A DNA stretch of 32,000 nt from Candidatus Harpocratesius repetitus (GCA_021498095.1 JAIZWK010000001.1:2400001-2432000); one strand, 5' to 3'; shown: positions 1 to 8,304, counted from the stretch's first letter. Translations and numbers: made by a program. The notes: generated by a model not told the origin, from the sequence alone.

Positions 1-663
1 GTTTTTGATTTAGGATTTGTAAAAGAGGGAGATAAATCCTTTTCGAGCGATTTTCTAACTGAACAAAATAAAATAACACTATTAGAAATGCTTGAAAACA
101 ATGATTTTGAAATACAAGGGTTGTATCCAAGTATTTATATCTATAATGGTTATAGTATTTCTGCATACACAGAATCTAATAATAGTTGGGATCAATCTTT
201 CTATATTTTTACCCCAGATTTTTATAATTCTCAAAATTTCCAGCATTATTTTTATTTACTATCAGGACAATATCCAAAAGCAGACAATGAAGTATTGATA
301 TTGGACGATTTAGCAAAATATCTAAATTTAACTGCTGGATCCAACTGGTCTATTCATCCTGAATATGATATGGATAAAGCGAAGAAAGGTCTTCCATTTG
401 AAAAACCACTGTTACAAGATGAAATCCAGCAACATTTACGAGATAAACCTTATCAAAAAAATTATCCAAAAATTTCGGAAATAACTAAATGCCCATACTG
501 CGATTCTCTTCATATTAATTTTGGATTAGATAAACGAAAGGGTCAGTTTCAGCTGCATAATGGATACATTATCACCAGAGCAGTACTGTATTGTGAAGAT
601 TGCCATAAATTCGACTTTAAAACTGTGAAACTTGAAAATCTTGATGAACTAAAAGAAGATTGA
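1..663 (+). CDS. 5'-truncated ORF, possibly chimeric: FtsX/MacB-like extracytoplasmic segment followed by a C-terminal Zn-ribbon (CPYC...CEDC)
   Basis: Frame is open from base 1 (VFDLGFVKEG...) to TGA 661-663, so the track start at 88 is internal. LLSGQYPKADNEVLILDDLAKYLNLTAGS resembles ABC-permease periplasmic core segments; two CxxC pairs near the C-terminus. Confidence 0.55.
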   Translation, partial: VFDLGFVKEGDKSFSSDFLTEQNKITLLEMLENNDFEIQGLYPSIYIYNGYSISAYTESNNSWDQSFYIFTPDFYNSQNFQHYFYLLSGQYPKADNEVLILDDLAKYLNLTAGSNWSIHPEYDMDKAKKGLPFEKPLLQDEIQQHLRDKPYQKNYPKISEITKCPYCDSLHINFGLDKRKGQFQLHNGYIITRAVLYCEDCHKFDFKTVKLENLDELKED

Positions 664-677
664 TTACTTTTAACTAT

Positions 678-820
678 AGATTAAGTATAGATTAAGTATG
701 AATTGAGCACAGATTAAGTATAAATTGAGCACAGATTAAGTATGAATTGAGCACAGATTAAGTATGAATTGAGCACAGATTAAGTATAAATTGAGTATAG
801 ATTAAGTATAAATTGAGTAT
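678..820. repeat. Tandem array: 6 x 22-bp unit AGATTAAGTAT(G/A)AATTGAG(C/T)A(C/T), preceded by an 11-bp half unit
   Basis: Units at 689-710, 711-732, 733-754, 755-776, 777-798, 799-820; half unit AGATTAAGTAT at 678-688; no spacers. Confidence 0.95.
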
Positions 821-887
821 ATAAGTATAGATGCAGTTCACTTCTCCATCTTTATATCAAAATCACAATATCCTTATTGAGCAATAC

Positions 888-896
888 TTTTTTTTT
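888..896 (+). terminator. Possible archaeal oligo-U terminator (T9)
   Basis: T9 run downstream of ORF 1-663 and the repeat array; position only. Confidence 0.25.
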
Positions 897-1082
897 ACTA
901 TGATAATCTCAACTAAAGCTCTTCAATATATTGAAAAGCAGCGCCATTCATTCGAATTGCCTGTATTACTTTTGTATGAAAAAATATATCGTGGTTGATG
1001 CGGAATCTCAACCTATCCCAAAGCTTCACTTAGTTCTCGGAATTCTATCACTGATTTCTCAGCATACATAGAAATAACACAA

Positions 1083-1696
1083 ATGAATTGGAAAGAACGC
1101 ATATGTACAAATCCGAATTACTGTGAGTTATTACAAATGCCAATTTTGATTACTCACCAACTCATGGAAGCATGGGATAGATTAGAAGTGCACCTTTATG
1201 GAAAGTACTTATACAAGCAGTTAATTCTCATGCGCACCTAAAGATATGGATGAATTCATCCCGCAAATTTTGGAATGAATGACGTCGAGCCATCGATTAT
1301 TATTCTTAGATGCGCTAAATATTATTAAAAAATTGTCTTCAATTCAAACTCGCAGTTATTGATGCTACAGCAGTGCTTCGTATATTACTTGAAATACAAA
1401 AACGAGATGCACTTATACTATGAAGAATATGCTGATGAAAGTGCCATGAATAATTTTAATGCATATTTAGATGCAATTGAGAGATTTATCGGATAAAAGA
1501 TTGGTCTGCTCATGTTTATAACGATAAATTAGAATTGATATTGGTTAGGCAGGATTTCGATATTAAAAAAAGGAAAGATGTTGATAAAGTTTATAAAATA
1601 GATGCATATAGTTGTATTTTTCCCAATAATGAAGCAGATTTTTCTGCTTTCATCAACTGCAGAGAAATTGAAATATCTGGAGAAACTCCATCTTAA
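1083..1696 (+). pseudogene. Fragmented coding remnant(s), possibly a decayed toxin-antitoxin-like pair
   Basis: Protein-like fragments in shifting frames: SAPLWKVLIQAVNSHAHL, KLAVIDATAVLRILL, MHLYYEEYADESAMNNFNAYLDAIERFIG (1407-1496), and a start-less frame 1481-1696 (KLELILVRQDFDIKKRKDVDKVYKID...). Resemblance to HEPN/MNT/PIN proteins is weak. Confidence 0.2.
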
Positions 1697-1782
1697 AAAC
1701 CTAATAATATCTGGATTTGAATTTTCCTTTGCATACCAAAACATCCCTTAAAAAAAATTATAAAAATATTAAATTAATTAGA

Positions 1783-1965
1783 ATGACTGATTATGCAAAT
1801 ATTGCTTTAGTAATCGCTGGATTAGTTCCTATTACTATTTCAGCAACGAAAGTAGAAAAATATTATACGGAATTTTATGGTTATACTTTAATTATCTTAG
1901 GTTTCATTTTAGATGAACAGATATATATTGAATTAATGATTATTGCTATATTTTTTATAATTTAA
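1783..1965 (+). CDS. Small hydrophobic protein (60 aa), possible membrane protein
   Basis: ATG at 1783 within track ORF 1717-1965; MTDYANIALVIAGLVPITIS...YTLIILGFIL...LMIIAIFFII has 2-3 hydrophobic stretches. Confidence 0.3.
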   Translation: MTDYANIALVIAGLVPITISATKVEKYYTEFYGYTLIILGFILDEQIYIELMIIAIFFII

Positions 1966-2070
1966 AAAAGAATTGTTGTTAGCAAATTAATAGAATAATA
2001 TCTAAATCATGATTCAAATAAATAAATGTTTTTGAATATTTTATCATACAAGGAATGTATAAGTTGTTAT

Positions 2071-2520
2071 TTAGAGGATTGAAAGTTTTCCGATGATATA
2101 TCTTCGGTGTTGAAAAAAATATATAATATTTTCTGTTTTTTTACTTATTATCAATAAAATAACCCAATTAATATTTCCATAGATTGGATTTTTGATCATA
2201 GTTTTAATTGACAATTTGTCAATAAATGAAGCAGAATCAGGACCATGAGGATGCGTATGCCATTCCCCAAGATAATCTGTATCTGGATTTCGCTTAATAG
2301 ATTCAATTAATTCAGGATAAATGTGCTCTGTGGATCTAAAAACACCAAATGGTGATTGAGAGATTGGATTTTCATCCTCGATAATATCTGTTATACGATA
2401 TAATTCATTATTAATTTTTTTTCCTACTAAGATTCCACAACGTTCTTTTTTGTAATTTTCATACTTTACATCTCTAAAAAATCGATTATATAATTTCTCT
2501 TCAATTTCAACTTCGATCAT
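2071..2520 (-). CDS. cap3: JAB/MPN+ metallo-isopeptidase, CBASS Cap3-like
   Basis: ERCGILVG (catalytic E) and YLGEWHTHPHGPDSASFID (HxH...S..D). ATG at 2520 overlaps the end of the E2-E1 gene; the track start at 2529 is a GTG. Confidence 0.9.
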   Translation of the reverse strand: MIEVEIEEKLYNRFFRDVKYENYKKERCGILVGKKINNELYRITDIIEDENPISQSPFGVFRSTEHIYPELIESIKRNPDTDYLGEWHTHPHGPDSASFIDKLSIKTMIKNPIYGNINWVILLIISKKTENIIYFFQHRRYIIGKLSIL

Positions 2521-4180
2521 TTTCACCACAAATCGGACATTCTTGCCATTTCGAAAAATTTTGAATTTTGATCATATTTGGTTCTTCAAATATCCAACCT
2601 TGGTAATTTCCTACTAAAAAATGATCATAATCGACCGGTTGAAAGAAATTCTGAAGATTTATTTTTTCAGCGAGTGTTTGGAATGCGAATCGTACAATCT
2701 TGTTTGCAATTTCTTTAATATCTAAATTAATTCCTGGAATTCCCGATTGGTGATATAAATCTTTTTGATGTTGTTCAAAAACCATACTGGGAAATTTGTC
2801 TGGATAAATATCTATTTGGTGATTAATGCAGTTAAGACATGGAGAGCCATCCTTTACTCGAAATATTCTTCCGAAACGGGCATTTTTCAAGCAAGTCCCA
2901 AATATCAAAGGTACATTATTCATTACACAAACTTCATTTAATTCATATTCATCCAATTCATGATCTATGGTAGAAATGACAAGATCGGAATCTTTTAAAT
3001 GAGTAAAGAACTCACTACGCATCATTGGATTAAATGGGGATCCCTTATATGCAGAAACTGAAACTTTGGGAGATAGAAAATGAGTAAATTCTTTCATGGC
3101 AAAAGCTTTTGGGAGACCTAAATAGGGAAGTGGCATGAAATTTCGCATGACGTTTTCAGGTTTGTATATATCAGGATCATATATTACAATATTCTGAATT
3201 CCATTGTGAATTAGTTCTTCATAGACTTTTGAACCCAAGGAACCTAATCCGATTAAAATAATTTTTATTCTTTTTATATTCGAAAATTGAGATTCTTCAA
3301 TATTTTTCTGCCGTTTATACAAAAGATCATAAAATCCCTGATCAGAATCAATAGTTGAATAGAAATAATCACTTAACCTAAAATTTCTATTCCAATGGAA
3401 GAATATAAGAGGAAATTTATTTTTAATTTTAGAACATATCAATAAATCGTCACTAAGTTCATTATTGATAAAAATATCATAAGAATCTAATAAAAGGTTA
3501 ATATTTTCACTCTTTTGAGAGACAATTCTTTCAATAAAAGTTTCATAATTTCCATGAGATAATCTTACGATTTTTAATGGTCTTTTTCTCAATTCATTAA
3601 ATTTTTGAGATTTTTCATCAATAAAAAACCCATAGATTATTTGGAAAGGAAGAGTTGAGAATTCTTCAATAGAAAAAGCATGATAATATATTATATCGAT
3701 GTTTTCATTATAAATTCTATCATATATTCTTGGATTGATAAAATATTTTTCTTTGACTGCATAATCGTCAAGATTATAATTAATTGACGTATGTTCTTCG
3801 GATAATTTTCCAGTATATTTTAAATCAATATAATTCTTAAATTTCTTTAAAACCATATCAAGTCGATAGGAATCTGTCCACGCGGATTCGCCACTGTCTC
3901 TCGGAAAAAGACATATACTAAAATCTTGGAAATAATGACCTTTCCAGAAATCAGTAATTGCTAATTTAGAGTAATTTTCATTAGTATAACAAAAAAATTT
4001 GGGAGGAAACGCAGGATATAATGGATGATAAACTATATCAAAAAAAAATTGATGAGATCCATATTTATAATTACCTCGCCATGCTCTCAAGATTGATTTG
4101 TATTCTAGTGAAAATTCATCATTTTCCTCTAGAAATTGTTTAATAACGTCTTGATCTTCTTCAAAAACTATATTATCCAT
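2507..4180 (-). CDS. cap2: E2-E1 (UBC-like + ThiF-like) fusion, CBASS Cap2-like
   Basis: N-terminal E2 motifs LYPAFPPKF, GHYFQDFSICLF (Cys codon 3911-3913) and downstream W. C-terminal ThiF motifs IILIGLGSLGS, VIYDPD, ENVMRN and two CxxC (PCLNC, ECPIC). Lies between a CD-NTase and a JAB gene. Confidence 0.9.
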   Translation of the reverse strand: MDNIVFEEDQDVIKQFLEENDEFSLEYKSILRAWRGNYKYGSHQFFFDIVYHPLYPAFPPKFFCYTNENYSKLAITDFWKGHYFQDFSICLFPRDSGESAWTDSYRLDMVLKKFKNYIDLKYTGKLSEEHTSINYNLDDYAVKEKYFINPRIYDRIYNENIDIIYYHAFSIEEFSTLPFQIIYGFFIDEKSQKFNELRKRPLKIVRLSHGNYETFIERIVSQKSENINLLLDSYDIFINNELSDDLLICSKIKNKFPLIFFHWNRNFRLSDYFYSTIDSDQGFYDLLYKRQKNIEESQFSNIKRIKIILIGLGSLGSKVYEELIHNGIQNIVIYDPDIYKPENVMRNFMPLPYLGLPKAFAMKEFTHFLSPKVSVSAYKGSPFNPMMRSEFFTHLKDSDLVISTIDHELDEYELNEVCVMNNVPLIFGTCLKNARFGRIFRVKDGSPCLNCINHQIDIYPDKFPSMVFEQHQKDLYHQSGIPGINLDIKEIANKIVRFAFQTLAEKINLQNFFQPVDYDHFLVGNYQGWIFEEPNMIKIQNFSKWQECPICGENDRS

Positions 4181-4192
4181 CTTATAACCCTG

Positions 4193-5062
4193 TTATGCAA
4201 ATCGAGTTCCCGGAGAATCAGGTGATAGACGTGATTTTCTATTTCTGTTCTGATTGCGATAATTTGAATGAAAATCTGCTGATTTTTGGCGGAATATCTC
4301 TTTCCAACCTTCAATAATATCTAAATTTTGAGATAAAGCCCAAGATGCTGCGTCTTTACACTTTTTTTTTTCATAAGAAGTTGCTACATCTGCAATATTA
4401 TTAGATGAATTTGCAGGATCTTCAATTCGACATGTATCAATTGACGTTTCTAAGAATTTAAAAATTTTTTTTAATCCCTCATCAATGCTAATGTATGTAT
4501 CTTGAATTATTTCTATAGAAATCAATTCAATTAAAAAGCTTGGAATATCGATATTATTACGTACTTTCCATAATTTCATCAATTTTAAGAGATCTCTTCT
4601 ACGAAAATCACGAATCACCTTTATATGAGTCTTAACATTTGTTTTTAATGGACTGTCTTCTTTAGATCTATAAATCCAAGCATTGTCTTCATTTGAGCTC
4701 GATCTTTTTGCTGGAACAAGATCGATATGATAACCTTCACGTTTATTTATTCTCAAGGCAACATTTTTTTGTATAATGGACTGTTCTTTTCCCCGAATAA
4801 ATTTTAACACTTCAAAATATATTTCCCTTAGAGATTTTTGTTCTTCAGATGGAAAATACAATAATAAGTCCATATCATATGATTCTCGGATCATTGTTTT
4901 TTTTCCATACGAACCACCCCAATAATAGGTTGGTGTTTTTAGATTCTCTATTGAATTAATGATTCCTTCGTATTTTTCCCGATCATTTTGCATTTCCTTT
5001 TTAAAATTATCGGGAATTTTCTGTTGAATGATTAATTCCTTCAAATATTCAGTTATTGTCAT
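4193..5062 (-). CDS. CD-NTase (cGAS/DncV-like, SMODS) paralogue 1, with disordered C-terminal tail ending PGTRFA
   Basis: GGSYGKKTMIRESYDMDL (GS...DxD), YHIDLVP (third Asp), LMKLWK, EDPANSSNNIA (OAS/CD-NTase-type C-terminal motif); AAGGAG upstream; 12 bp before the E2-E1 gene. Confidence 0.9.
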   Translation of the reverse strand: MTITEYLKELIIQQKIPDNFKKEMQNDREKYEGIINSIENLKTPTYYWGGSYGKKTMIRESYDMDLLLYFPSEEQKSLREIYFEVLKFIRGKEQSIIQKNVALRINKREGYHIDLVPAKRSSSNEDNAWIYRSKEDSPLKTNVKTHIKVIRDFRRRDLLKLMKLWKVRNNIDIPSFLIELISIEIIQDTYISIDEGLKKIFKFLETSIDTCRIEDPANSSNNIADVATSYEKKKCKDAASWALSQNLDIIEGWKEIFRQKSADFHSNYRNQNRNRKSRLSPDSPGTRFA

Positions 5063-5100
5063 TTAAAATTCTCCTTATGGTCATTAACTAATTATACTAA
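5063..5100 (-). promoter_or_regulatory. Upstream region of CD-NTase 1: AAGGAG RBS plus TAGTTAATG element shared with paralogue 2
   Basis: + strand CATTAACTA at 5082-5090 and 6138-6146, each 20 bp from the respective ATG (5062, 6118). Confidence 0.5.
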
Positions 5101-5201
5101 TTTATATTTAAATATACAGTAAAGAGAAAAAGTAAATTAATTTAAATGTGAAACAACCAGACAGATCGATCAGAATTGATTAGAGATTATCTTTACTTTT
5201 T

Positions 5202-6118
5202 TTAAAAAAACCTTTTTAATAATTTAATACCCAGTATTTCTGCTCCAACTTTTAGAGCGAATTTGAAAAAATCATTATATCTCGTATTCTCATATTCCGG
5301 TTGATTATGTTCGATTTTAGCAAGTGGTTGATCTTTTTTTCGAAATACTTCCTTTCAACCTTCAATAGTCTGTAAATTCAAAGATAAACACCATTCTGCA
5401 ATATTTTTTGCCTTTTGCTTCTCAATAGGATCAGATACTTCATCTGCTACGATGTTGTTCGAAGCATTAGCTGGATCAGGAATATTTCATGATTCAATTC
5501 GACTCGCTATAAATTGGAATACATTAATTAAGCCATCTTCCAACCTGATTCTTTCATCTTGATTCATATTGATAGTAATAATTTCAACTAAAAAACTCGG
5601 AATATCAATATTGTTTCTATATTTCCACAATTTAACTATTTTTAATAGGTCTCTTCTCCCAAAATCACGTACAATTTGAATTTGTTTCTCTACAATTGTA
5701 GTTAATCTTTGTTTTTCCTGAGATTTATATAGATATGCCATTGATTCGTTTGTACTTGATCTTTTCGCAGGTACAATGTCAATATGATATCCTTCACGTT
5801 TTTCAATTCTAATAGCAATATTCTTTTGATATGCATTAGGTTCAACGAAAAGTATATAATCTTTAACAATCATATAAATCTCTTCCAAAAGATGAGGATC
5901 ATCAAAAGGAAAGTTGCATAAAATATCAATATCATATGAACATTTAATCAGTGTTTTTTTCCATATGATCCCCCCCAATAATAACTAGGACGAGATAATT
6001 CTTTGATTTGATTATTTAAAATTTCAAAATAGTCTCGATCTTGACGCATTTCTTTTTGTTCTTTTTTGCTGATTTTTTATATTTTTACTAGTTCTTTTAG
6101 ATAATCGGTAATTGCCAT
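5202..6118 (-). pseudogene. CD-NTase paralogue 2, tandem duplicate of paralogue 1, inactivated
   Basis: Manual translation from ATG 6118: MAITDYLKELVKI* (TAA at codon 14); 1-nt loss in the A-run of GSYGKK (A7 vs A8 in paralogue 1); TGA at 5487-5489; TGG>TGA in IEG*KEVF; frame ends ...GAEILGIKLLKRFF* at 5202. Track ORF 5487-5978 is its middle fragment. Confidence 0.9.
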
Positions 6119-6199
6119 TTCAAATCATCTAATTAGCCATTAACTATATATAATAATCGTTCTTTAAAAATATCATCATTAAACAAAGAGAAAATATTC
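6119..6199. promoter_or_regulatory. 81-bp divergent promoter region between CD-NTase 2 and the HNH-SAVED gene
   Basis: Palindromic TATATATA at 6145-6152 (27 bp from ATG 6118) and TTTAAAAA about 30-37 bp upstream of ATG 6200. Confidence 0.4.
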
Positions 6200-7351
6200 A
6201 TGTCAAAATATCCAACTCCTGCTACTAAGCTTAAAATTACAGCCGATCATGGTGGAAAATGTGCGCTGTGTGGTTTAGGAGGAAAAAAGGTTTATACCAA
6301 TTCAAAAGAAGAAAACCAGTTGGATTCATTTAATATTGGACAATTTGCTCACATTTATTCTGAAAATGAAAAAGGACCGCGCTATGATAAGAAGATTCCA
6401 GAGTCATTTCTTGCTTCTAAAGAAAATTTCTTGCTCTTATGTACAAATCATCATAATTATATTGATCAAAATGTGAAAAAGTTTCCCGCTAAAAAATTGA
6501 AAAAAATTCGAGAAAATCATGTTGGAAATGTAAGAAAACGTTTGGATTTGAAGGTAATAGAAAGAGTGATTATTATCTTGTTAAGGGATGACTACTTTGG
6601 AGGATTGAACACCAGTACCATTCAAAATACTCTTTCTGAAAGTGAAGTAGTTGTTAATTATTTAGATTTTCGAACGCAAACCCAAAATTCATCTGAAATT
6701 CCATGGCAAGAAGGTTTTCAATATTATACTAATAAATGGAATGAGTTTAAGACAGATTTCTTTGAAGATTTGAAATCCTCGATAGACTGTTTTCATATTT
6801 ACGGTATCACTCAAATTCCCTATGTATTCTTTTTTGGATTGTTTTTCAATGATACCCCAAAATTATTTGCTCATCAATGGAATCGAGAAAAAAATAAATG
6901 GGAAGGTTTTTCTGAAACGGCTCAAAATGATGTTTTCACATCCTCAATAGAAATTCACGATACAAAGGATATAATTCTAAAAATAGAATTATCGTCAAAA
7001 ATCAATAACAAAATAATTGAAAAATTAGGCTTGAATCTGAAAAATCAAGCCTCCCTTCAAGTAGAAGATCCTTCTCGAACTTGGTTAAAATCAATTAACC
7101 AAACAGAATCATTCTTAAATCATTACAGGAATTTGATGGATGAAATTAAAGAACGATTACCAGAATCGGAAATTCATCTTTTTTATGCCGGACCTGTTCC
7201 ACCTTTATTCCATATGGCTTCTGCTTATAATCCCCGAATGGATCGACCAATAAATATTTATTATTATTTTGTCAATCCTGAAACTAAACTCTCAGAATAC
7301 AAATTTGTATTTAATTCTGTAGAGATCATGCAAAAATACAATTTTCTTTAG
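6200..7351 (+). CDS. cap5: HNH endonuclease-SAVED effector, CBASS Cap5-like
   Basis: GGKCALCG...IGQFAHIYS...GPRY...NFLLLCTNHHNYID (Zn-HNH); C-terminal SAVED-type IHLFYAGPVP; flanked by CD-NTases. Confidence 0.88.
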   Translation: MSKYPTPATKLKITADHGGKCALCGLGGKKVYTNSKEENQLDSFNIGQFAHIYSENEKGPRYDKKIPESFLASKENFLLLCTNHHNYIDQNVKKFPAKKLKKIRENHVGNVRKRLDLKVIERVIIILLRDDYFGGLNTSTIQNTLSESEVVVNYLDFRTQTQNSSEIPWQEGFQYYTNKWNEFKTDFFEDLKSSIDCFHIYGITQIPYVFFFGLFFNDTPKLFAHQWNREKNKWEGFSETAQNDVFTSSIEIHDTKDIILKIELSSKINNKIIEKLGLNLKNQASLQVEDPSRTWLKSINQTESFLNHYRNLMDEIKERLPESEIHLFYAGPVPPLFHMASAYNPRMDRPINIYYYFVNPETKLSEYKFVFNSVEIMQKYNFL

Positions 7352-7370
7352 AGTAGCAAATCTCCAATTC

Positions 7371-8138
7371 TCATCTCTGTTTCTTAAAGATCTCACCCCA
7401 ATATGTGCGATTTAATGCTTGATATGCTTTCTGCTCAATCTCCTTTTTTTCTCTGGAAGTTAAATTATCAGTCACAATATTCTGTTTATTTGCGGGATCA
7501 TAATATTCTCGATCGCAAATATTTCGAGCGATATATTCTAAACATGTTTCTAATTGGATAGAAAGAGAAGTTCTTGTTATATTCCAACAAGCTAAATGAA
7601 CCATGATTTCGAGTAAGAATGTAGAGATAGGAACGTTTTTCCGGAATTTCCAGAGTTTTAGCAGACGAATTACATCTCTTCGATTATATTTCTCAATTTC
7701 ATTGATATGTCGATTTAAACTGGTTCGTAAATATTGTTCCGTTTCAGAATTATAGAGATAAGAATAATCCGGATCGTGGGAATCTTGAACAGATGGCACA
7801 ATATCCACATGAAACGTTTTATTGTATGGCAAACACCATGCCACTTTCTTCTTAATTATTTTATTCCATTCTAAATGAAGTGCATCTTCAACTTGATAAA
7901 AAATCTTTTTTATATCCCCAAAATTAGGTTCCCAGATGAGAAACATATCTAAATCATGATATTCTTTAATCCAAGTATTTTTCTTGAATGATCCAGCCAT
8001 AAACATACTTGGATGTCCGCCAATAGAGTCATTAATGCATCTTCTGATCCGATCTCGCAATTTTAACATACTATCAATTTGAGATTGAGCTGGGTGACTA
8101 TTTCTTAAAACCTTGTTGAGGAATTCTTCGTCATTCAT
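7371..8138 (-). CDS. CD-NTase paralogue 3 (255 aa, no C-terminal tail)
   Basis: AGSFKKNTWIKEYHDLDMF, FHVDIVP, LLKLWK, YDPANKQNIV; ends WGEIFKKQR. Confidence 0.88.
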   Translation of the reverse strand: MNDEEFLNKVLRNSHPAQSQIDSMLKLRDRIRRCINDSIGGHPSMFMAGSFKKNTWIKEYHDLDMFLIWEPNFGDIKKIFYQVEDALHLEWNKIIKKKVAWCLPYNKTFHVDIVPSVQDSHDPDYSYLYNSETEQYLRTSLNRHINEIEKYNRRDVIRLLKLWKFRKNVPISTFLLEIMVHLACWNITRTSLSIQLETCLEYIARNICDREYYDPANKQNIVTDNLTSREKKEIEQKAYQALNRTYWGEIFKKQR

Positions 8139-8304
8139 TTTTATTCTCTTATATTCTTTTCACATGATGAATATGTGGATTCCAACTATTACTATCGCGA
8201 TTGATGTGTATACAAGAATGGTATATATTAATTGAAATATTAATAAGAAAAAACTTGCATTATTTTTTTGGTAATTGCATTATTTATTGAGTTTTACACA
8301 AATC

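Noticed and set aside
678-820. CRISPR array
   Set aside because: Repeats are head-to-tail with no unique spacers, and no cas genes are in the window.
1083-1124. MNWKERICTNPNYC resembles the start of DUF433 antitoxins
   Set aside because: Similarity stops after about 14 residues; the following GxPxIxGTRI motif is absent in all frames I read.
4362-4371. A10 tract in CD-NTase1 as a second phase-variation site
   Set aside because: Runs of 8-10 A/T are common in this AT-rich, Lys-rich sequence; only the A18 stands out.
5340-5360. TGA at a conserved Trp, suggesting TGA=Trp recoding
   Set aside because: Intact genes use TGG for Trp, and TGA terminates several genes (663, 2507, 7371, 8305, 9423, 22688).
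5487-5489. TGA aligned to a Cys in paralogue 1, suggesting selenocysteine
   Set aside because: The same gene also has a TAA, a frameshift and a Trp>TGA change, and the position is not catalytic; simple decay explains it.
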